From IMG/VR virus record IMGVR_UViG_3300023093_000033, positions 1-6,858 of that record: a stretch of 6,858 nt of DNA. One strand, given 5' to 3'. The position numbers and the translations under genes are program-made. This document shows, piece by piece, positions 4,350 through 6,858 of the stretch. This DNA is from a virus. The notes under the pieces were generated by a model that saw only the letters and a program-made list of their open reading frames with translations, did not search any database and had not been told where the DNA came from. Within the stretch, counting starts at the first letter, position 1, and every line of letters starts with the position of its first letter.

Positions 4350-4359
4350 TCCTTATAAA

Positions 4360-4500
4360 TCAATAGCTTACGTTCCAGCAACGAAATCTCCACCAATAAG
4401 CTGGCCGAGTTTCCTGCAAGAACCATTTCCAGTCGATCACATGGCAATTGTGAAGATCAAGACGCTCAAGGGTCGGATTGAATCGATACTGTTCTTTCAT
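4360..4500 (-). CDS. Hypothetical small Trp-rich protein (46 aa), translationally coupled to zot
   Basis: Hand translation gives MKEQYRFNPTLERLDLHNCHVIDWKWFLQETRPAYWWRFRCWNVSY, which is too short for the ORF track. The zot stop is followed by TGAGGTGATCTC ATG, and GAGGTGATC matches 9 nt of the anti-SD complement. I recognise no homolog. Confidence 0.45.
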   Translation of the reverse strand: MKEQYRFNPTLERLDLHNCHVIDWKWFLQETRPAYWWRFRCWNVSY

Positions 4501-4509
4501 GAGATCACC

Positions 4510-5841
4510 TCAATTCGCGGTCGTAGTTGTCGAGGTTTTTAGCGTCCTGCTTGAATCAGCAACGACGGTATATGACGCACCCTGATATTTGGCCTTGTTC
4601 GCCGTATCTGCTGGCTGTGGAGCTTGGGAAGCGACAAAACGAGGCTGGCCAACGACGGCGGCTCGCTCTGCACCGAGCCGCTCACCGCCGCCGTTGGCAG
4701 TTGAAGAACCTGAACAAAGAACGAGACGACTACCGCCCGGAAACGTCAGTTCGGCCACACACGGGCCGCGGGAAATGATGCCATAGCCTGAGGCAATCAT
4801 TTCACGAGACGTGTGCATAAACGATCGATCATCTTTGCTCAGCTGGAACGCAAATAATGTGCCCTGGGATTCGGTGCTGATACTGCCCTTGATCACGATG
4901 TTAAAGGCTGCGAACGGATCAGATGTCACGCTAGGAGGCGGCAAATTCTGCTGATCAGGTACGCTATCAGGAGCCACGTGAACAACTTTGACAGGACCTT
5001 GAGGCACAGGATTTTGAGCAACTGGAACACCGGCTTTAGCACCCTGAATAGAGAGCGGATTATGAAACGGATTACCGTCATTACGCCAAAACACAAAGCC
5101 AACAATAAGTACCAATACTCCGAGGAGCATAAAAACGCGCGGAGACGTGAGGGCGTTTTTGCCCGCCATGGTGTCTCGATGGAGTCCGGTGGCTGTTGAG
5201 TCATAGAGTTGAAATACCCGCTTATCAATTTTGCGCAATTGAACGATGTTGGAGCCATCTGTAGGCGCTTTATTCTCCTGAGCGCTATGCATCGACTCCT
5301 TATAGTCCTTTGAAACAAGCTTCTTCATCCATTTACCAAGAAGCATGAGATTTGAGTGCTGGTAAGCAGCCTCAGACGTATTGCGGATATCCGTATGCAA
5401 GTACTTGATATTGGGCATCGTCAAAATGATGTCCCAGTTAAAATGCCGGTGCATCGTCCAGGCAGAGAGCCAGTCGGTAGGTTTGTCCTGAGACTTCGCC
5501 TTGTCTGGACCGCCGGGGTAATCGAAACGCTCAACGTATTTATCAGACCATTTGCTAGGAAAAATAACCTGTGCTTCATCGAATATCAGAAAGGCGTTTC
5601 GCGGAGCCCATTGAAACCAAGTTCTAATCCGTTCCAAGCCTTCTGCGGATTCGTGGCTAATAAACTCAACATCAAAAGTATCAGGCAGATCATCAAACAA
5701 AGCTTCGAAACGCTCACGAGACATCCCTCGAACATTGGTAATAATCAATCGACCTTCTTTTGCAGCCGGGACAGCATCGTCCCACACCGCACCGGAGGTC
5801 TTATAAGAACCATTAGGGCCATGATGAATTTTAATCGCCAT
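4510..5841 (-). CDS. zot: Zot-like assembly ATPase (Ff pI functional homolog), 443 aa
   Basis: The N-terminal half matches V. cholerae CTXphi Zot as I recall it. IHHGPNGSYKTSGAVW matches IHHGAPGSYKTSGALW, the deviant Walker A typical of Zot. Other shared motifs are ITNVRG, the Walker B FLIFDEA, MHRHFNWDI against MHRHHGWDI, MPNI against TPNI, and DTMAGK against DTMAGT. A single TM helix (VFMLLGVLVLIVGFVFW) is followed by a roughly 190-aa periplasmic domain. Confidence 0.93.
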   Translation of the reverse strand: MAIKIHHGPNGSYKTSGAVWDDAVPAAKEGRLIITNVRGMSRERFEALFDDLPDTFDVEFISHESAEGLERIRTWFQWAPRNAFLIFDEAQVIFPSKWSDKYVERFDYPGGPDKAKSQDKPTDWLSAWTMHRHFNWDIILTMPNIKYLHTDIRNTSEAAYQHSNLMLLGKWMKKLVSKDYKESMHSAQENKAPTDGSNIVQLRKIDKRVFQLYDSTATGLHRDTMAGKNALTSPRVFMLLGVLVLIVGFVFWRNDGNPFHNPLSIQGAKAGVPVAQNPVPQGPVKVVHVAPDSVPDQQNLPPPSVTSDPFAAFNIVIKGSISTESQGTLFAFQLSKDDRSFMHTSREMIASGYGIISRGPCVAELTFPGGSRLVLCSGSSTANGGGERLGAERAAVVGQPRFVASQAPQPADTANKAKYQGASYTVVADSSRTLKTSTTTTAN

Positions 5842-5843
5842 GA

Positions 5844-6197
5844 TCAGCTAACTCCGGGAATGAATTTCATTGCCCAGCGAGTGGGAATGGCGGAAAAGAT
5901 AAGCGTCAGGCCTTGAGGAATCTTGAAGAAAGCCAACATGGATTGAATATTGCCGGGGATAGATGCCCACGCGGATTTAACCAATTCAGTTACCCCGCTC
6001 TCGCGTAAAAGCTCCTGGATAACCTCATAAGCCACATCAAGCATAAGAATCTTGAACTGAAGGAACGAATAGATTAAAGCTTTCGTAACAATGACCAAAA
6101 GCTCTTTAGTAAACGTATAAATGCCGCTATCCATAAAATCCCAAGCAGCCTGGAAGAAGCCAGTAACACTACCCATCCACGAAATAATAAAATCCAT
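5844..6197 (-). CDS. gVI: pVI-like minor coat / assembly membrane protein (117 aa)
   Basis: Lies between the adsorption gene and zot, as gVI does in Ff and the 116-aa ORF does in Pf phages. The size (117 aa against 112 in M13) and the hydrophobic segments fit. GAGGA lies 6 nt upstream of ATG 6197. The stop is 2 nt before the zot ATG. Assigned mainly by position. Confidence 0.7.
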   Translation of the reverse strand: MDFIISWMGSVTGFFQAAWDFMDSGIYTFTKELLVIVTKALIYSFLQFKILMLDVAYEVIQELLRESGVTELVKSAWASIPGNIQSMLAFFKIPQGLTLIFSAIPTRWAMKFIPGVS

Positions 6198-6206
6198 ATC
6201 AAATCC

Positions 6207-6858
6207 TCAACCAAAGACAATCATTAATGCAACCATGGCGCACAAAGCATAAATAGCAGCGGAAATCCAAGAGAGAGAACCCGCATATTTATCCAGACAA
6301 AAATCTATTGAGCGGCCCATGACAGTAACGGCAGGTGGGCAATACAACTCCCCTCCTCCTCCTAAAGTAATGTCGCCAATGGGTGTAAAGGCTTCTTTAA
6401 GCTTGGCAAGATCTTCTTTCAGCTCAGTTTTGGAGTCGGCAATCTTTTGATCCCAGATATCGCCTTCACCATCAAAGGAATCATTTTCAGGATCACTTAA
6501 ACCGGCACCATCACCAGAACCGTCGCCTTCGCCATCACCGGAACCAGAGCCATTACCTGTACTGCCACCAGGCTTAATGCCTGTGCCGCTGTCACCACAA
6601 GCGCCAGTACACTTAGTGTCGGTTGAAGTGGTTTGCCCAGAGCCGTTAGTTTTGGTTGTCGTAGTGGTAGATGAAGTCGTCGTGGAGCATTTGTTAATGC
6701 CTGTGCAAGTAGTCTTGGTTGCGTTATCCGTTTTGACGCTGGTTTTACCGCCGTCTGTGTTGTCAGTGGTTTTAACAGTGCTATCTATTTTGATTCCGTT
6801 GCTAGAAGGAGGTTTATTAACGCAAGTACGAACGCCATTCATCGTACCGCACGTTTGC
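6207..6858 (-). CDS. gIII: pIII-like adsorption protein, C-terminal part (174 unique codons plus stop in 6207-6731; 6732-6858 duplicates 1-127)
   Basis: Contains a Thr/Ser-rich linker (CSTTTSSTTTTTKTNGSGQTTSTDTKC) and a Gly/Asp-rich linker (GGSTGNGSGSGDGEGDGSGDGAG). The C-terminus is a hydrophobic anchor (LSWISAAIYALCAMVALMIVFG). The M listed at 6842 is internal, because the frame stays open upstream through the circular junction. Confidence 0.85.
   Translation of the reverse strand, partial: QTCGTMNGVRTCVNKPPSSNGIKIDSTVKTTDNTDGGKTSVKTDNATKTTCTGINKCSTTTSSTTTTTKTNGSGQTTSTDTKCTGACGDSGTGIKPGGSTGNGSGSGDGEGDGSGDGAGLSDPENDSFDGEGDIWDQKIADSKTELKEDLAKLKEAFTPIGDITLGGGGELYCPPAVTVMGRSIDFCLDKYAGSLSWISAAIYALCAMVALMIVFG
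6732..6858. repeat. Terminal redundancy, copy 2 (identical to 1-127)
   Basis: Same as copy 1. A 127-nt length is typical of a final k-mer overlap from a de Bruijn assembler (inference). Confidence 0.97.

Larger units (their letters stand above)
1..6731 (-). mobile_element. Complete circular filamentous-phage (inovirus-like) genome, unit length 6731 bp; viral (+) strand = window minus strand
   Basis: Exact 127-nt overlap of the two window ends. Minus-strand gene order is gII/gX, gV-position gene, small ORFs, coat, pIII-like, pVI-like, Zot/pI, followed by an intergenic region with an f1-like origin. Genes are separated by 0-10 nt or by SD-containing spacers. Confidence 0.9.

Noticed and set aside
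4353-4395. Possible minus-strand promoter: TTGCTG, 18 nt, then TATAAG, upstream of the attP and mini-ORF.
   Set aside because: The -35 element matches only 3/6, and the predicted transcription start would fall inside the SD it would have to serve. It is more likely read through from the zot operon.
4510-5169. In-frame internal Met (DTMAGK, ATG at 5169) just before the Zot TM helix, as a possible analog of Ff gene XI.
   Set aside because: The position is analogous to pXI, but there is no SD-like sequence upstream (ACTCCATCGAGACACC), and this Met sits in the DTMAG motif conserved in Zot itself. I cannot support a separate product.
6460-6720. Low-complexity tracts (ACC/ACT-rich and GGT/GAT-rich) considered as tandem repeats or CRISPR-like arrays.
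   Set aside because: They are in frame within the pIII-like gene and encode the Thr-rich and Gly/Asp-rich interdomain linkers. There is no repeat-spacer periodicity.

Overview
The window is a complete, circularly permuted genome of a small filamentous phage (inovirus-like). Nt 1-127 are identical to nt 6732-6858, so the unit replicon is 6731 bp. All replication, structural and assembly genes lie on the window minus strand, which is therefore the viral (+) strand. They are tightly packed in classic inovirus order: gII with nested gX, a gene in the ssDNA-binding-protein position, two small ORFs, major coat protein, rho-independent terminator, pIII-like adsorption protein, pVI-like protein, and Zot/pI assembly ATPase. 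The adsorption gene is split across the window ends, and its 5' 927 nt are absent from the ORF track. Downstream of zot lies about 1.1 kb (3368-4509) of sparsely coding DNA, GC-richer in its central part (about 3708-4350). It holds a small SD-coupled ORF, two inverted dif-like sites that can fold into a CTXphi-style forked hairpin (candidate XerCD attP), a doubtful 76-aa ORF, two GC-hairpin direct repeats, and a plus-strand origin whose nick hairpin closely matches the f1/M13 origin. It also holds a small regulator gene on the opposite strand and a 124-bp divergent control region full of alternating purine-pyrimidine palindromes. There is no secretin, integrase, tRNA, rRNA or CRISPR. Homology statements rest on my recollection of M13 pII, the f1 ori, V. 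cholerae Zot, the Pf1 coat and E. coli dif, not on searches. The main lead is an integrase-free lysogeny module (regulator, operators, folded dif-like attP) carried on a mosaic Ff/Pf/CTX-type backbone.
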